In this document: positions 42,050-52,826 of the stretch, one piece after another
How the letters are laid out: the number at the start of each line of letters is the position of its first letter
How positions within the stretch are numbered: position 1 is the stretch's first letter
NCBI GenBank assembly: GCA_963706285.1
Contig: CAVPLU010000014.1
Coordinates: 1-64,000, forward strand
Source of the DNA: Candidatus Bathyarchaeota archaeon
Lineage (GTDB): Archaea; Thermoproteota; Bathyarchaeia; 40CM-2-53-6
Direction of reading: 5' to 3'
DNA length: 64,000 nucleotides
The notes under the pieces: generated by a model
Told to the model about the DNA's origin: nothing
The model's database searches: none
What the model saw: only the letters and a program-made list of their open reading frames with translations
Program-made: the position numbers and the translations under genes

Positions 42050-43399
42050 CTTCAGCGTGGCTACATTTCGGGTGAGGCCCGTAAGAGTCGCCGTTCTCCA
42101 GATACGCATGAAGTCTACAGTAGAAGTCCCTACATTTCACCAGGCTTTTGCAGTCCTTACACTTCTTCAGGTCGCTCGTCCTGACCTCTCCTCTGAAGAA
42201 TGACCATCTATCCGAGAACCAAATCTCCGAGATACTCTGGCTCCCTATGTTGCCCATGTTCCATCTAGGATCTGATATGACAAGGTTGCATGGGTAGATC
42301 GAACCGTGGCTATCGATTGACAGCCTGCTTCTTCCTGCTTGGCAGCAGACGTACCCTCTTCTTGCTTCTTTGACAGCCTCTTCAAGTGGCCGACAAGTAA
42401 GAAAGGTATCCAATGCAACGTCTATCTTCCTCGCGTATCTGATTCTATCAATCATCAGCTCAGGCAACACCTCTTGGTATTCCCGATACGACGGCATCCA
42501 CTCGAGATTTCTCTTCATTTTGAGCGAGGGCTTCAAGTCAAGGAACGCTATCCTACGAGCTCCATAGCTGACTGCGAGGTCAATGATCTTCCTGTGATTG
42601 CTAAGATTGCGTTTGTGTAGGCAGCAGTTTATCCCGTATTCAACTCCGTGTTTCTGGAGCAGTTTCAAAGCTTCGATGGTTCTCTGGAAGGATCCTTCGA
42701 CTCCTCGGAAGAGATCATGTCCTTCCGCGCTTGAATCGTCGACCGAGATCGTCGGCGTAGTTTCGGATTCTTTGAGGAGACGTGCCTTCTCCTCATCCAA
42801 TTGGGTTCCATTCGTAAGTATTACCTTTCGGAGTCTTCTCTGTTTGAGCGTCATCAGTATCTCATTTATCCGTGGGTGCAGTAGTGGTTCGCCTCCGTTG
42901 ATCCTAAGTTCTAGAACTCCAAGCGTCTCAAGCTGATCCAGAATAGACTCGATTTCCTCAACAGACAACTCATGCACACCATGATCCTCGCTGTTTGAGA
43001 AGCAGTGGGCGCAGTTCAGATTGCATCGACTTGTTATGAATAAATCAACCGAGGTAGGCGCCGAGAGGAAAGGCAGGACGAATCGTTCATAAAGTGTCGG
43101 GTCCGCCTTGACTCGCTCGGGCAGTCGAACCCTGAAGCTGTCCGCATTCACATGGACATATCCTAATCTTGACATGCGATTGAGAAACTTCTCGCACTCT
43201 TCTTCGTTAGTATCTGATTCTTTGGAGATTTCACGTTCGCATTGGAGGACTTGGCACTGATATGGTCAAGGATTTTGTATTCGTCCTCCGTGAGCAATTC
43301 GGTTCTGACCTTGTTGTAATCGAATGCTGCATAGGTCTTGTAGTACTGTGGTTCTGACCTGAGTATCACTTTGGCGTCCAGTGAGTATCTCTTGGGCAA
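42024..43399 (-). CDS. Radical SAM/SPASM protein with N-terminal PqqD/RRE-like domain, one apparent frameshift at ~43236
   Basis: CNLNCAHC, GGEP, SPASM CQAG..IYPC..GNI..CKDC.....C....C...C. The N-terminal piece joins as ...EYKILDHI...EISKES...CEKFLNRMSRLGYV. Confidence 0.85.
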
Positions 43400-43440
43400 T
43401 CTCTAGTTCTCCAAACCCTGACCGCATGTCACGACAGTCA

Positions 43441-44190
43441 CTAGACTTCTCTCCATCTCGATTTGCTTCTCGCTACAATAAACAGGGCTACAGTCAATGT
43501 GATCAGAATGATCCAGTCAAGAGCCATCGTGGTAGATGACAAGGTAAGATATCCAGCAGCACCCTGAGCCAGCTCTGCCGCATACGTGGTCGGAGAGAGA
43601 TAAGCCAAGTATCTGTACGGAAGCGGAATGTAAGTGATCGGATAATAGACAGGTGGTATCGTCGAGAAAAGCGTTGAAATGAGTCTCGAAAAGGCGAAGC
43701 TTTGGACTATGTCGGTTGAGAAAGTTGAAAGAGTGAAACCGATCGCGACTGAAGTAAGGAACATTAGGAGAAGCACTCCCGCGAACGATAGGGCTCCAAA
43801 GGCGCTCAGATTCATGAAGTAGTATGCAAGCACGCCGAGGACGAGAAGGGCTGGGAAAGAATAGACTAGTTCCGAGATTGCCATTCCAAACATGTAAGTC
43901 TGCCAAGTGGTTGGTGAACTAACTACCATGTCTTGGAGTTTGAAATCATTCTTCAGGTGCGAGAGATCTCCTTGGAGCGCGACGCCGGCCGAGAACATGC
44001 TCATGATGAATCCGCCTCCTATCGCCTCTCCCAATAGGGTGCCGTGGCTCACGAAAACAATCACAAGCAGAAATGAAAGAGGAGAGAGAACGGTGTTGAT
44101 TAGAACGATCGGATAGTTTCTCATTTCGAATATTGAATTGACGAGTATAGCGGCGAGAATCTGGCTGAACCTGCTTCTCTTCTGAGCCAA
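43441..44190 (-). CDS. ABC-2 type permease
   Basis: Multiple TMs, PVYYP...P.TY. Likely TTG start at 44190. Confidence 0.88.
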   Translation of the reverse strand: MAQKRSRFSQILAAILVNSIFEMRNYPIVLINTVLSPLSFLLVIVFVSHGTLLGEAIGGGFIMSMFSAGVALQGDLSHLKNDFKLQDMVVSSPTTWQTYMFGMAISELVYSFPALLVLGVLAYYFMNLSAFGALSFAGVLLLMFLTSVAIGFTLSTFSTDIVQSFAFSRLISTLFSTIPPVYYPITYIPLPYRYLAYLSPTTYAAELAQGAAGYLTLSSTTMALDWIILITLTVALFIVARSKSRWREV

Positions 44191-44209
44191 CCCATCTTTG
44201 CTGAGCAGG

Positions 44210-45130
44210 TCATTTGCCTCCTTTTCGGCTCGCAAGGTAGAAGAATATGTCGTCAAGTGAGATGGGATTGATCGTAAACTTGAACCCGCCTCTCGCGAGT
44301 TCTCTTGAGACTCTGAAGGCCTCCTCTTCGACTGTGAGGATTCTGACATTGCCATCTGTTCCTGTAACCACCTCGCCCTTCTCCAGCGGAGGAAGTGGAG
44401 GTGCCGGTTTTGATAGAAGTCTCATGCTGTAGTTGTAATTCACGCTCTTTCGCAGTTCTTCCAGCGTTCCGATGCGGACAAGACTGCCGCGATCCAATAT
44501 GCCAATATGGTCCGCCAGCTCCTCTGCTTCTTCCAAGTAGTGCGTCGTCAGAAATGCAAAACGTTCCTTTCCGATCTCTCTGAGAGTCTCCCAAAATTCT
44601 CTTCTTGAAATCGGGTCAAGTCCTGTAGTTGGTTCGTCAAGAAAGATCGTTTCAGCTTCCGAAGAGAGAACCGTGGCGACCATGACTTTCCTTCTCATTC
44701 CACCGGAAAGCGAGCGGTTCAGGGCATTGGATGACTCACTGAGCCCGAGCCTCTCGAACGTCTGGGACGCCCTCCGCTTGGCCTCACCGTAGCTGAACCC
44801 GCGCCAAAGAAGGTACGACAGTACTGTCTGCATAGGCGTCATCCAAGGTATCGGTCGGGCTTCTTGAGGTACGATGGCAATTCTCTCTCTGAGCTGACGT
44901 GCCTCCTTTACGACATCTATCCCATTTATCGTGGCGCTTCCTGATGTCGGCTCGAGTTCTGTTGCTAGGATTCGTACGAGTGTGGTTTTCCCTGAACCAT
45001 TCCTGCCTATCAGCACGAATATGCCGCTCGAAGGCAATGAGAAGCTGACGGAGTCGAGAGCCTTGGTCTTACTGTTACCGTAGATCTTGGTGAGGCGATC
45101 ACATACGACCCTCCGAGTGCTCTCCATCAT
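44210..45130 (-). CDS. ABC exporter ATP-binding subunit
   Basis: GRNGSGKT, LSGGM, LDEPTTGLD, TTHY. Confidence 0.92.
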   Translation of the reverse strand: MMESTRRVVCDRLTKIYGNSKTKALDSVSFSLPSSGIFVLIGRNGSGKTTLVRILATELEPTSGSATINGIDVVKEARQLRERIAIVPQEARPIPWMTPMQTVLSYLLWRGFSYGEAKRRASQTFERLGLSESSNALNRSLSGGMRRKVMVATVLSSEAETIFLDEPTTGLDPISRREFWETLREIGKERFAFLTTHYLEEAEELADHIGILDRGSLVRIGTLEELRKSVNYNYSMRLLSKPAPPLPPLEKGEVVTGTDGNVRILTVEEEAFRVSRELARGGFKFTINPISLDDIFFYLASRKGGK

Positions 45131-45233
45131 TTTCCCACGCAATGCTACTGTCAAATTCTCTGCTATTATGTAATCTGACTCGAAACAGCGGTTGCTCTAC
45201 AAACAACAGGGCGACTTAGATTACCCGAGGCCG

Positions 45234-46109
45234 TCAATGTCGCGAGTTGCGTTCTTGCATGATTCTTTCGACAAAAGTCTCGAATCTCGTGAGAGGGCGC
45301 CTAATCAACTGAGATAGTACATTCGGGTTGCCCCAGAAGCCGTTGTGATCGTAATAGCGGAACATCCTGATCAGGGTCTCAATCTGATATTGCCCCATGC
45401 CTGACGCCTGAGCTTGGCGGGTCCAGTGCTCAATCCCTACTTGCTCAGCGCGTACCGGGCGCTCAAGCTTCTTGCTCAAAACATCAGCAATTTGCCTCTG
45501 TGTCAGCACCTCGGGACCTGCCAGCTCGTATGTCGCGCCCAAATGATCTGGTTCTGTCAATACGACAGCAGCGGCTTGGGCAACGTCCTCAAGGTCAACC
45601 ATGCTCAGGCGAGTCTCCACTGAATACGGCACAGCGTACACCCCATTCTCAACAATCGCCTGCCACCCTCCCAACACGTTTTGCATGTAGGATGCTGGCT
45701 GAAGGATAGTGTATGATAAACCAGATTCGAACAGCATTTCCTCCACACGTAGCTTGTTCCAGTGGTGCGTCATCGCTTCCGTCTGCGGATGCAACACCGA
45801 GTGAAAGACGAATCGATCAACATCAGCATCATCGGCCGCAGCGATCACCGTTTTGCCGATCTGGATCTCGTCAGGGTTGACGTTTGGGCAAATGTGATAC
45901 ACCGCAGAGGCGCCCTGTGTAGCCTTTTTGAGTGTCGCTGTGTCGCGCATGTCCCCGGCAATCACTTCCTTGGCTCCTAGTAATTTGACGATCTGAATCT
46001 GTTCGTCACGACGAACAAGAGCACGCACAGGTTGTCGTCTGGCAACCAGTGCTTTGATGATTGCTTGCCCAGTTTTGCCTGCTGCTCCCGTAATCAGTAT
46101 CGTACGCAT
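45234..46109 (-). CDS. NmrA-family NAD(P)-binding protein
   Basis: ITGAAGKTG, YELAGPE. Confidence 0.85.
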   Translation of the reverse strand: MRTILITGAAGKTGQAIIKALVARRQPVRALVRRDEQIQIVKLLGAKEVIAGDMRDTATLKKATQGASAVYHICPNVNPDEIQIGKTVIAAADDADVDRFVFHSVLHPQTEAMTHHWNKLRVEEMLFESGLSYTILQPASYMQNVLGGWQAIVENGVYAVPYSVETRLSMVDLEDVAQAAAVVLTEPDHLGATYELAGPEVLTQRQIADVLSKKLERPVRAEQVGIEHWTRQAQASGMGQYQIETLIRMFRYYDHNGFWGNPNVLSQLIRRPLTRFETFVERIMQERNSRH

Positions 46110-46141
46110 TCACCCTGTCAATGATCCTCTTCCACAGGTTC

Positions 46142-46939
46142 TCATAAGTGCTCAGCTAGCTCGCCGCACAGGATTGTGATCGCTTGCCCGCTTAGATAGA
46201 CGCGCTCGCCACTTACGCGCACACGGATCGTGCCGCCTCGCCTTGAGGCTTGGTAAGCAATGAGTTCATCCTTTCCAAGTCTTTGGCTCCAGAACGGGCC
46301 GAGACAGCAGTGGGCGGAGCCCGTAACTGGATCTTCGTCAATGCCAGATCCTGGAGCAAAGAATCTGGAAACAAAATCGTATCCGGACGACGCCGCTCGG
46401 CTAGTGACCATGACCCCTCGAACATTCATAGTCTTCAGTAGTGCGAAGTCAGGTTTCAGATTGCGTACAGTTTCCTCGGTTTCAACCTCAAAAAGGTAAT
46501 CGAACTTGCTCTTGCCCGTATACTTCGGGGTCAAACCTAATGCTTTCTCAAGGTTGGGAGGAGCAGTTGCTGGTTGTTCGGGCGTGGCTGGGAAATTCAG
46601 TTCAATCCAGTCGCCCTTTCGCTTCGCTGTCAGCAATCCGCTGAGAGTGTGAAACCTTGCCGGTTCTTCTGGTGAGACGAGCCCAATCTCCCAGAGGATA
46701 TGTGCACTTGCGAGGGTTGCGTGACCACACAATGCAACTTCGACAGAAGGGGTGAACCATCGTAGGTTGAATCCATCCTCTTGCCTGCTCAGGAAAGCGG
46801 TCTCGGACAGATTCATCTCGCGAGCCAGATCCTGCATCCACGCGTCGTCACGTGGCTCTGTCAGGATGCAAACGGCTGCTGGGTTGCCCGCAAAGGCTTT
46901 GTCCGTAAACGCGTCAACTTGGAAAATTCTCAATCCCAC
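46142..46939 (-). CDS. PhzF-family isomerase
   Basis: VDAF...F.GNPA, NLSETAF, EV.LCGHAT, EDPVTGSA. Confidence 0.92.
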   Translation of the reverse strand: MGLRIFQVDAFTDKAFAGNPAAVCILTEPRDDAWMQDLAREMNLSETAFLSRQEDGFNLRWFTPSVEVALCGHATLASAHILWEIGLVSPEEPARFHTLSGLLTAKRKGDWIELNFPATPEQPATAPPNLEKALGLTPKYTGKSKFDYLFEVETEETVRNLKPDFALLKTMNVRGVMVTSRAASSGYDFVSRFFAPGSGIDEDPVTGSAHCCLGPFWSQRLGKDELIAYQASRRGGTIRVRVSGERVYLSGQAITILCGELAEHL

Positions 46940-46968
46940 TGTTCATCAATCCGGCTATTTCATTTCAG

Positions 46969-47430
46969 TTATTCACTGATTTCGGCAACTTTGGCACTAG
47001 TGAGTCTAACAATGTCCTGCGGGTCAATCTCTACCAGAGCCTCCATCGTCCCTGAACCGCCATAGACTTTGCTGAAATTCATTACCTTTCGATCGACCAC
47101 AGTCATGAGTCTTTTCTTATGACCGAGTGGAGGCATAACGCCAACTTCGAACCCAGCCAGCATCTTCGTGATCTCTGGCGTTGCGATCTTGATCTTTGGG
47201 ACACCGACAACTGAAGACAGTCTCTTCGTATCCACTCTCCTATCGCCAGTCAGTATCGCGAGCACGGGCTCTTGCTTTTCATCGATGAAGAGTATGCTCT
47301 TTATGATCGTCTCAAGTGGGACTCGGAGTCTGGTCGCTGCATCTTGAGCTGTCATTGTCGGGCCATCTACAACGTGGAGCTGATAGTTCACGTTGTGCCC
47401 GTCAAGGTAGCGCTTGAGTGCTTCAGCCAT
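46969..47430 (-). CDS. YbaK/EbsC aminoacyl-tRNA deacylase family protein
   Basis: T...AA..L......IIKS, G..PP.GH, YGGSG. Confidence 0.88.
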   Translation of the reverse strand: MAEALKRYLDGHNVNYQLHVVDGPTMTAQDAATRLRVPLETIIKSILFIDEKQEPVLAILTGDRRVDTKRLSSVVGVPKIKIATPEITKMLAGFEVGVMPPLGHKKRLMTVVDRKVMNFSKVYGGSGTMEALVEIDPQDIVRLTSAKVAEISE

Positions 47431-47692
47431 TGTTATCATCCTCAAAATGATCTGTCGTCTTTCACATTTCAGTTTGAGCCATCAGCATCCGAATGTGTCC
47501 AACAGCTTACATAGTATGGCTCTCCGGCCTCATCGGAGCCGCAGTCGGAGACGTTCGCCGACGTTTTGTGCCTTTGGGATGGGGTCAAAATTGTCTAAGC
47601 GAGCGGTTCCGGAGGTGCGTAGTTGACGGTATTCAGGTATTGAACTCTCAAATCAGCAAATCCTACTCTGTGCTCTTTGAGGAAAGCCTAGA

Positions 47693-47920
47693 TTGAGCAA
47701 GAGAAATGCGTTAACCGAGCAGAGCATCGTCATAGATGATGTACTCTCAATGTTGACAGGACATCCAAGAGGCTCGATGGTGAGCTTCACGGAAATCACA
47801 AAGAGCCTCCATGACTACATCAAGATGAACGGTTTGCGGCAGAGGTTCTGTCCACACTGCAATGCTCCATTGACTAGTGCCCCATCAGAGTCACTGCCAG
47901 TTGCGGTGCCTCCAACCTAG
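47693..47920 (+). CDS. Small SWIB/MDM2-like protein with C-terminal CPHC
   Basis: L..LTG.....VSFTEITKSLHDYIKMNGL resembles the SWIB core, followed by RFCPHC. Confidence 0.5.
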   Translation: MSKRNALTEQSIVIDDVLSMLTGHPRGSMVSFTEITKSLHDYIKMNGLRQRFCPHCNAPLTSAPSESLPVAVPPT

Positions 47921-48064
47921 ATTGATGTCACGCACTTCCCTGTAAGGGCCAGTAGCTCGTACGAGCACGAGCCCCAATATTTTCTCTATCTCGTAGTCCT
48001 GAGTCTGCATAGTTTTTTCTTTGTTCGGTATTCTACACGCTCAGATCCAGCGCGGCGAGGAGCG

Positions 48065-48865
48065 ATGCTCAAGGCAACAGAGATCGGAGATGTCACTGAG
48101 ATCAAGATGGGAAGGTCTCTCGACGGCGTGTCCGCGCTCTACTGGGTCGCCGCCTACTTGATAGATGGAATCCTGATCGATACGGGCTGCGACTATTCGA
48201 AGAAAGAGCTTGGTGACTTTCTGAAAGATAAGCAGATCTCGGTGATAGTGAATACTCATTACCACGAAGATCATGTCGGCGGAAACGCTCTCCTTTCCAA
48301 ACGTTTCAGGCTAGGGGCGCTGGCGCACGCGGACACGGTTCGTCTCATGAATAGAACGTACGAGTTGTACCCGTTCGAACAAGAAATCTGGGGATATCCT
48401 GACCCATCCACTGCCACTCCGATCGGGACTATCGTCAAGAACGGTACCGTGAGCCTGCGTGTAGTCGAGACTCCGGGCCATTGCAAAGGTCACATTTCTC
48501 TCTTCGAGGAAGAACGAGGGATCCTCTTCTCTGGCGACACATGGGTTGGGGAACACCCAAAGACGGCTAGAGCGGAAGAAGATGTGCATGAGTTGATTTC
48601 TGATCTTAGGAAGTTTGAGGAGCTCAGGCCGAAGATCATGTTCGCCTCGTTGGGAAAGGTTGTTCCCGAACCGCAACAAGTCATCAAAAAGACTCGAGAA
48701 TACCTGGAAGAGACGCGAGACAAGATTCGCGATCTTCACGCCGAGGGCAAATCCACTGAACAGATTCTGGAAACACTGTTTGGTAGAGAGAGCGTTCTCG
48801 CTTCGGTTACGCAGGATCAGCTTTCAACGAAGATTTTCATTGAATCTTTCTTGCGAGATGTCTAA
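48065..48865 (+). CDS. Metallo-beta-lactamase fold hydrolase
   Basis: THYHEDHVGG, TPGH..GH, FSGD. Confidence 0.9.
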   Translation: MLKATEIGDVTEIKMGRSLDGVSALYWVAAYLIDGILIDTGCDYSKKELGDFLKDKQISVIVNTHYHEDHVGGNALLSKRFRLGALAHADTVRLMNRTYELYPFEQEIWGYPDPSTATPIGTIVKNGTVSLRVVETPGHCKGHISLFEEERGILFSGDTWVGEHPKTARAEEDVHELISDLRKFEELRPKIMFASLGKVVPEPQQVIKKTREYLEETRDKIRDLHAEGKSTEQILETLFGRESVLASVTQDQLSTKIFIESFLRDV

Positions 48866-48911
48866 GCTCTTCTCGATTTGTTGTTCGAGCGCGATTCCGA
48901 ATGCGTAATTG

Positions 48912-48918
48912 TTTATAA
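48912..48918 (+). promoter_or_regulatory. TATA box for the rpoD ribosomal-protein operon
   Basis: TTTATAA about 70 nt upstream of the rpoD ATG. Confidence 0.55.
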
Positions 48919-48988
48919 GCGCCTAGAAAGCCTAGACTGCAAACCCGCCAGAAATAACCACGAATACTCAGAGAAGGTCATGTGCGTC

Positions 48989-49816
48989 ATGGAGGTTGAG
49001 ATCCTTGAAGAGAAGGCAGACTCGCTCAGGTTCATCCTGCGCGACAGTTCTCCAGCATTCGCCAATGCCCTCCGACGGGGAATACTTGCAGATGTCCCCG
49101 TGATGGCGATCGAGGACGTGATCTTCCTTGAGAACACCTCCGTTATGTACGATGAGATTCTTGCACATCGGCTCGGCCTCGTCCCGTTGAAGACCGACCT
49201 AGATGCTTATGTTCCCCGTGAGGAGTGTGACTGTAAAAGCGATCTGGGATGCCCGAAGTGCACAGCATCTTTTGTGCTTGAGGCAGAAGCAACCGACCAA
49301 ACCATAACCGTGTACTCGGCTGATCTGAAGGCTGCAACCGATGTCGTTCCCACAACTGATAGAATACCAATCGTGAAACTCGCGCCAGGACAGAAAGTGA
49401 AGTTGGAGGCATACGCTCGCTTGGGAAGAGGATCCGAACATGCAAAGTGGCAAGCAGCCTCAATCGCAGCTTACAGGTACATGCCCAAGGTCACATTGCG
49501 CCCTGAGAACCTCTCAAACCCAGAAGACGTGATCAAGTGTTGCCCCACGAGAGTGTACGCTTCAGACTCGACACGAAAGATCTTCATCAAGAACGAGCTC
49601 GACTGTATCCTGTGCAATGCATGCGTGGAGAAAGCCGTTCCTTCGGACCAAAAGAAAGGTCCGCCAATAGAAATCAAGGGCGACGATACAGCTTTTCTAT
49701 TCCAAATAGAATCAACAGGAGCTCTCCCTCCAAGGAGAATCCTCAGAGAGGCCGGGAGCATCCTCACCAAGAAAGCTGAGGCAATGACTGTTCTAGTTGA
49801 AGCGGAGCAGAAATAG
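48989..49816 (+). CDS. rpoD: RNA polymerase subunit D (Rpo3) with Fe-S domain
   Basis: FANALRR, NTSVMYDE.LAHRLGLVP, EHAKW, CCP...CILCNAC. Confidence 0.96.
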   Translation: MEVEILEEKADSLRFILRDSSPAFANALRRGILADVPVMAIEDVIFLENTSVMYDEILAHRLGLVPLKTDLDAYVPREECDCKSDLGCPKCTASFVLEAEATDQTITVYSADLKAATDVVPTTDRIPIVKLAPGQKVKLEAYARLGRGSEHAKWQAASIAAYRYMPKVTLRPENLSNPEDVIKCCPTRVYASDSTRKIFIKNELDCILCNACVEKAVPSDQKKGPPIEIKGDDTAFLFQIESTGALPPRRILREAGSILTKKAEAMTVLVEAEQK

Positions 49817-49830
49817 TAGGTGTGATAATT

Positions 49831-50190
49831 ATGCGTCGTGTGATAACGAATCCAGAATTGAACGAAGCAATTGCCAAACTCAAGAGGAAAGGAAGACAAA
49901 ACAAGGCACCGATCTGGTTGCGTGTAGCAGAATTTCTCGGAAAACCCAAGCGGACAAGGATCGCAGTGAACGTAAGCAGGATCGCAAGGAACACAAAGAA
50001 AGGAGACATAATCGCGGTTCCAGGCAAAGTCCTCTCTGCGGGTTCAATCAACCACGCGATCAATGTGGGAGCTTTCAGATTCTCCCAGACAGCAAGAGCC
50101 AAGATCCAGAAAGCTGGGGGCTCATGCGTGAGTCTTGACAAGCTTGCAGACGCTCACCCTAAGGGGAGCAAGGTCAGGATACTAAGGTGA
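49831..50190 (+). CDS. rpl18e: 50S ribosomal protein L18e
   Basis: TNP, APIW, VNVSRI, VPGKVL, FS..A..KI..AGG. Confidence 0.95.
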   Translation: MRRVITNPELNEAIAKLKRKGRQNKAPIWLRVAEFLGKPKRTRIAVNVSRIARNTKKGDIIAVPGKVLSAGSINHAINVGAFRFSQTARAKIQKAGGSCVSLDKLADAHPKGSKVRILR

Positions 50191-50197
50191 ATATGCA

Positions 50198-50647
50198 ATG
50201 TCGAAGCAACAGCAACCAATCATCATAGATGCCTCCAACCTGGTACTTGGGCGAGTTGCAAGCTTCGTAGCAAAACATGCACTACAAGGTGAAGAGGTCA
50301 TCGTTTTCAATGCCGAGAACGCAGTCATCTCCGGAACCAAAGCGAACATAGTAGAGGAGGCAATGCGAAGATTGAAGACGAGGACCCTGGCAGCTCAGTA
50401 CAAAGCGCCAACACATCCTCGAAGACCTGACACTTACATGCGTCGTGTCATTCGCGGTATGATGCCACGGAAGAAGCCGAAGGGGCGCAACGCCCTAAGA
50501 CGGGTACAAGTCTTTACAGGCGTCCCTGAAGAATACCGAGACAAGCCCACAGTGAAGGTTCCTGACGCTGAGGCTTCAAAGCTGCGCTGCCAATACATTA
50601 CAGTAGGTGAGCTCTCAGAAGAGATAGGAGGACCTTGGAAAGAATGA
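50198..50647 (+). CDS. rpl13: 50S ribosomal protein L13
   Basis: IDA...LGRVAS..AK, NAE..VISG, RGMMP.K..KG. Confidence 0.96.
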   Translation: MSKQQQPIIIDASNLVLGRVASFVAKHALQGEEVIVFNAENAVISGTKANIVEEAMRRLKTRTLAAQYKAPTHPRRPDTYMRRVIRGMMPRKKPKGRNALRRVQVFTGVPEEYRDKPTVKVPDAEASKLRCQYITVGELSEEIGGPWKE

Positions 50648-51054
50648 GCGAGAGAAAGAAGATACTTCTAGTCACAGGAAAGCGGAAAACCGCGATCGCC
50701 CGAGCCGTATTCAAATCTGGCCGCGGCAACGTAACGATAAACGAATTCCCCGTGAGCAATATGTCGTCTGAACTGGCTCGCGCAAGAGTCTCCGAGCCGC
50801 TCACGCTAGCAGGCGAACGCCTGAACACGGTTGACGTGCGCGTGAAAGTCAAGGGAGGAGGCGTCATGGGCCAAGCTGAGGCAGCTAGGATGGCGATCGC
50901 TCGCGGACTTGTGGAATACTCCAGAAGCGCCGAACTGCGGAGACTATTCACGAGTTTTGACAGGACAATGCTCGCTGGAGACCCCCGAAGGAAGGAAACG
51001 AAGAAGTTCGGAGGCCCAGGCGCAAGAGTGAGGAAACAAAAATCCTATCGTTAG
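50644..51054 (+). CDS. rps9: 30S ribosomal protein S9
   Basis: [31 protein letters not shown]...QKSYR. Confidence 0.97.
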   Translation: MSERKKILLVTGKRKTAIARAVFKSGRGNVTINEFPVSNMSSELARARVSEPLTLAGERLNTVDVRVKVKGGGVMGQAEAARMAIARGLVEYSRSAELRRLFTSFDRTMLAGDPRRKETKKFGGPGARVRKQKSYR

Positions 51055-51075
51055 ACCACACGAGTTGACTGCCCA

Positions 51076-51300
51076 ATGATCATACCTGTACGTTGCTTCA
51101 CTTGCGGAAAAGTGATCGGTGATCACTGGGAAGAGTACGCACGCCGCACGAAGCAAGGAGAGAATCCTGCTAAGGTTCTAGACGACCTGGGAATGACGCG
51201 CTATTGTTGCAGACGGATGTTCATATCCCACGTCGAAGTGATCGACGAACTCCTAAAGTACGGTGAAGTCGCAGCACGTAAACGCGGCCAAATCCAGTAG
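51076..51300 (+). CDS. rpoN: RNA polymerase subunit N (Rpo10)
   Basis: [12 protein letters not shown]...RYCCRRM. Confidence 0.97.
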   Translation: MIIPVRCFTCGKVIGDHWEEYARRTKQGENPAKVLDDLGMTRYCCRRMFISHVEVIDELLKYGEVAARKRGQIQ

Positions 51301-51310
51301 ATGCGGTATC

Positions 51311-52573
51311 TTGGCAGCTCCTGTCAAGATCACGAGCCTAAAGGCTCGAAGAATCCTAGACAGCCGCGGCGAATCCACAGTCGAAGTAGACCTCTCCAGC
51401 AAAACTATCATGGTTCGGGTAGCTGCGCCATCAGGCAAGAGCCGAGGCAAATGGGAAGTTCAACCGTTCCCTGACGGCGGAGTCGATGAAGCCGTCGAGC
51501 ACGTGAAGAAGCTGCTGGCTCCTGAACTCTCAGGAATGAACGCCGACCGCCAACAGCAGATCGACGAGAAACTGCATGAGGTTGACGGAACCGCGCAATT
51601 CAGCAGAATCGGCGGAAACACTGCATACGCAGTCTCCATAGCCGCTGCACTCTTGTCGGCAACTGTCCACAAGAAACCGCTCTACCAGAAACTCGCAGGT
51701 TCCTCAAAGGTCAGAATCTCTCTTCCGCTCGGAAACGTTGTCGGCGGAGGCGCACACGCCAAAGGCAAACGAACAGACATACAGGAATTCCTGGTCGTCC
51801 CAACGAGAGCAACCTCGGCAATTCAAGCAGCAGAAGCCAACATCAAAGTCCACGCGGAAGTCGCGCGGCTAGCAGTGAAGCAAGGATCACCAATGATCGG
51901 GAAAGGAGACGAGGGAGGCTATGTGCTAGACATGACAACCGAGCAGGCGCTCGACCTGATCAGCAAAGCATGCGAGATCGTCTCACTCGAAACTGGAGCG
52001 GACGTTAGGATAGGTCTCGATGTCGCGTCCTCAAGCATGTGGGATGAGAAGCAACAGGCATACATCTACAAGAGAGACGAGAAGAAACGCAACGAAGGCG
52101 AGCAGATAGAATTCATCCTTGACCTAATAGACCGCTACAAGCTCCTCTACATCGAGGATCCGTTGGACGAGGATGCCTTCGAAGCATTCGCCGAACTCCA
52201 CAAGAAGGCTGGAGCAGCCTTGATCTGCGGTGACGACCTCCTAGTCACCAATACGACTAGGATTGACCAAGCGATCAAACGTGGATCAGCCAACGCGATC
52301 ATCATCAAAACAAACCAGGTTGGGACACTCTCTGACGCTAGAAAGGCCGTCGAGAATTCAAAAGCCGCAGACTACGTTACGGTCATGTCGCATCGTTCGG
52401 GAGAAGTGTGCTCCGGGGAGCTCGCGCAAATTGCGGTTGGCCTATCATGTCCCATGATCAAGTGCGGAGTCATCGGCGGGGAACGCATCTCGAAACTCAA
52501 CGAGCTGATCCGAATAGAGGAAGACGCGAAGAAGCGAAAGATGCTCGCTGGAATGGCACAGGTACCAAGCTAG
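51311..52573 (+). CDS. eno: Enolase
   Basis: ILDSRG..TVEV, GGAHA, QEF, GDEGG, EDP, GDDL, SHRSGE. Confidence 0.94.
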   Translation: MAAPVKITSLKARRILDSRGESTVEVDLSSKTIMVRVAAPSGKSRGKWEVQPFPDGGVDEAVEHVKKLLAPELSGMNADRQQQIDEKLHEVDGTAQFSRIGGNTAYAVSIAAALLSATVHKKPLYQKLAGSSKVRISLPLGNVVGGGAHAKGKRTDIQEFLVVPTRATSAIQAAEANIKVHAEVARLAVKQGSPMIGKGDEGGYVLDMTTEQALDLISKACEIVSLETGADVRIGLDVASSSMWDEKQQAYIYKRDEKKRNEGEQIEFILDLIDRYKLLYIEDPLDEDAFEAFAELHKKAGAALICGDDLLVTNTTRIDQAIKRGSANAIIIKTNQVGTLSDARKAVENSKAADYVTVMSHRSGEVCSGELAQIAVGLSCPMIKCGVIGGERISKLNELIRIEEDAKKRKMLAGMAQVPS

Positions 52574-52826
52574 ATGCTGCCATAGCCTGCCTTTGTGTTA
52601 CTCACAAATCCTCACCGATCCAGTCTTCACCGTGCGATATCAGAAAAGCCCAGGGTGCTATCTCGTGGTAGGTGCTCGAAATCCGGGAGTCTGTCTGGAG
52701 TCACCGGATTGAAATCGAACTCAGGTTTCTGAATCGCTCAGGACTCACTGAGCAAATGCTGCAAACACTCGCTTCGCACATGCTGTGCTACTGACCCGGT
52801 TTCCTCAGTTTCCTGATTCGTGAGTG

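Noticed and set aside
52630-52740. Minus-strand frame reading EFDFNPVTPDRLPDFEHL, resembling a GNAT N-terminus
   Set aside because: No start codon and too short to call. Possibly a decayed fragment.
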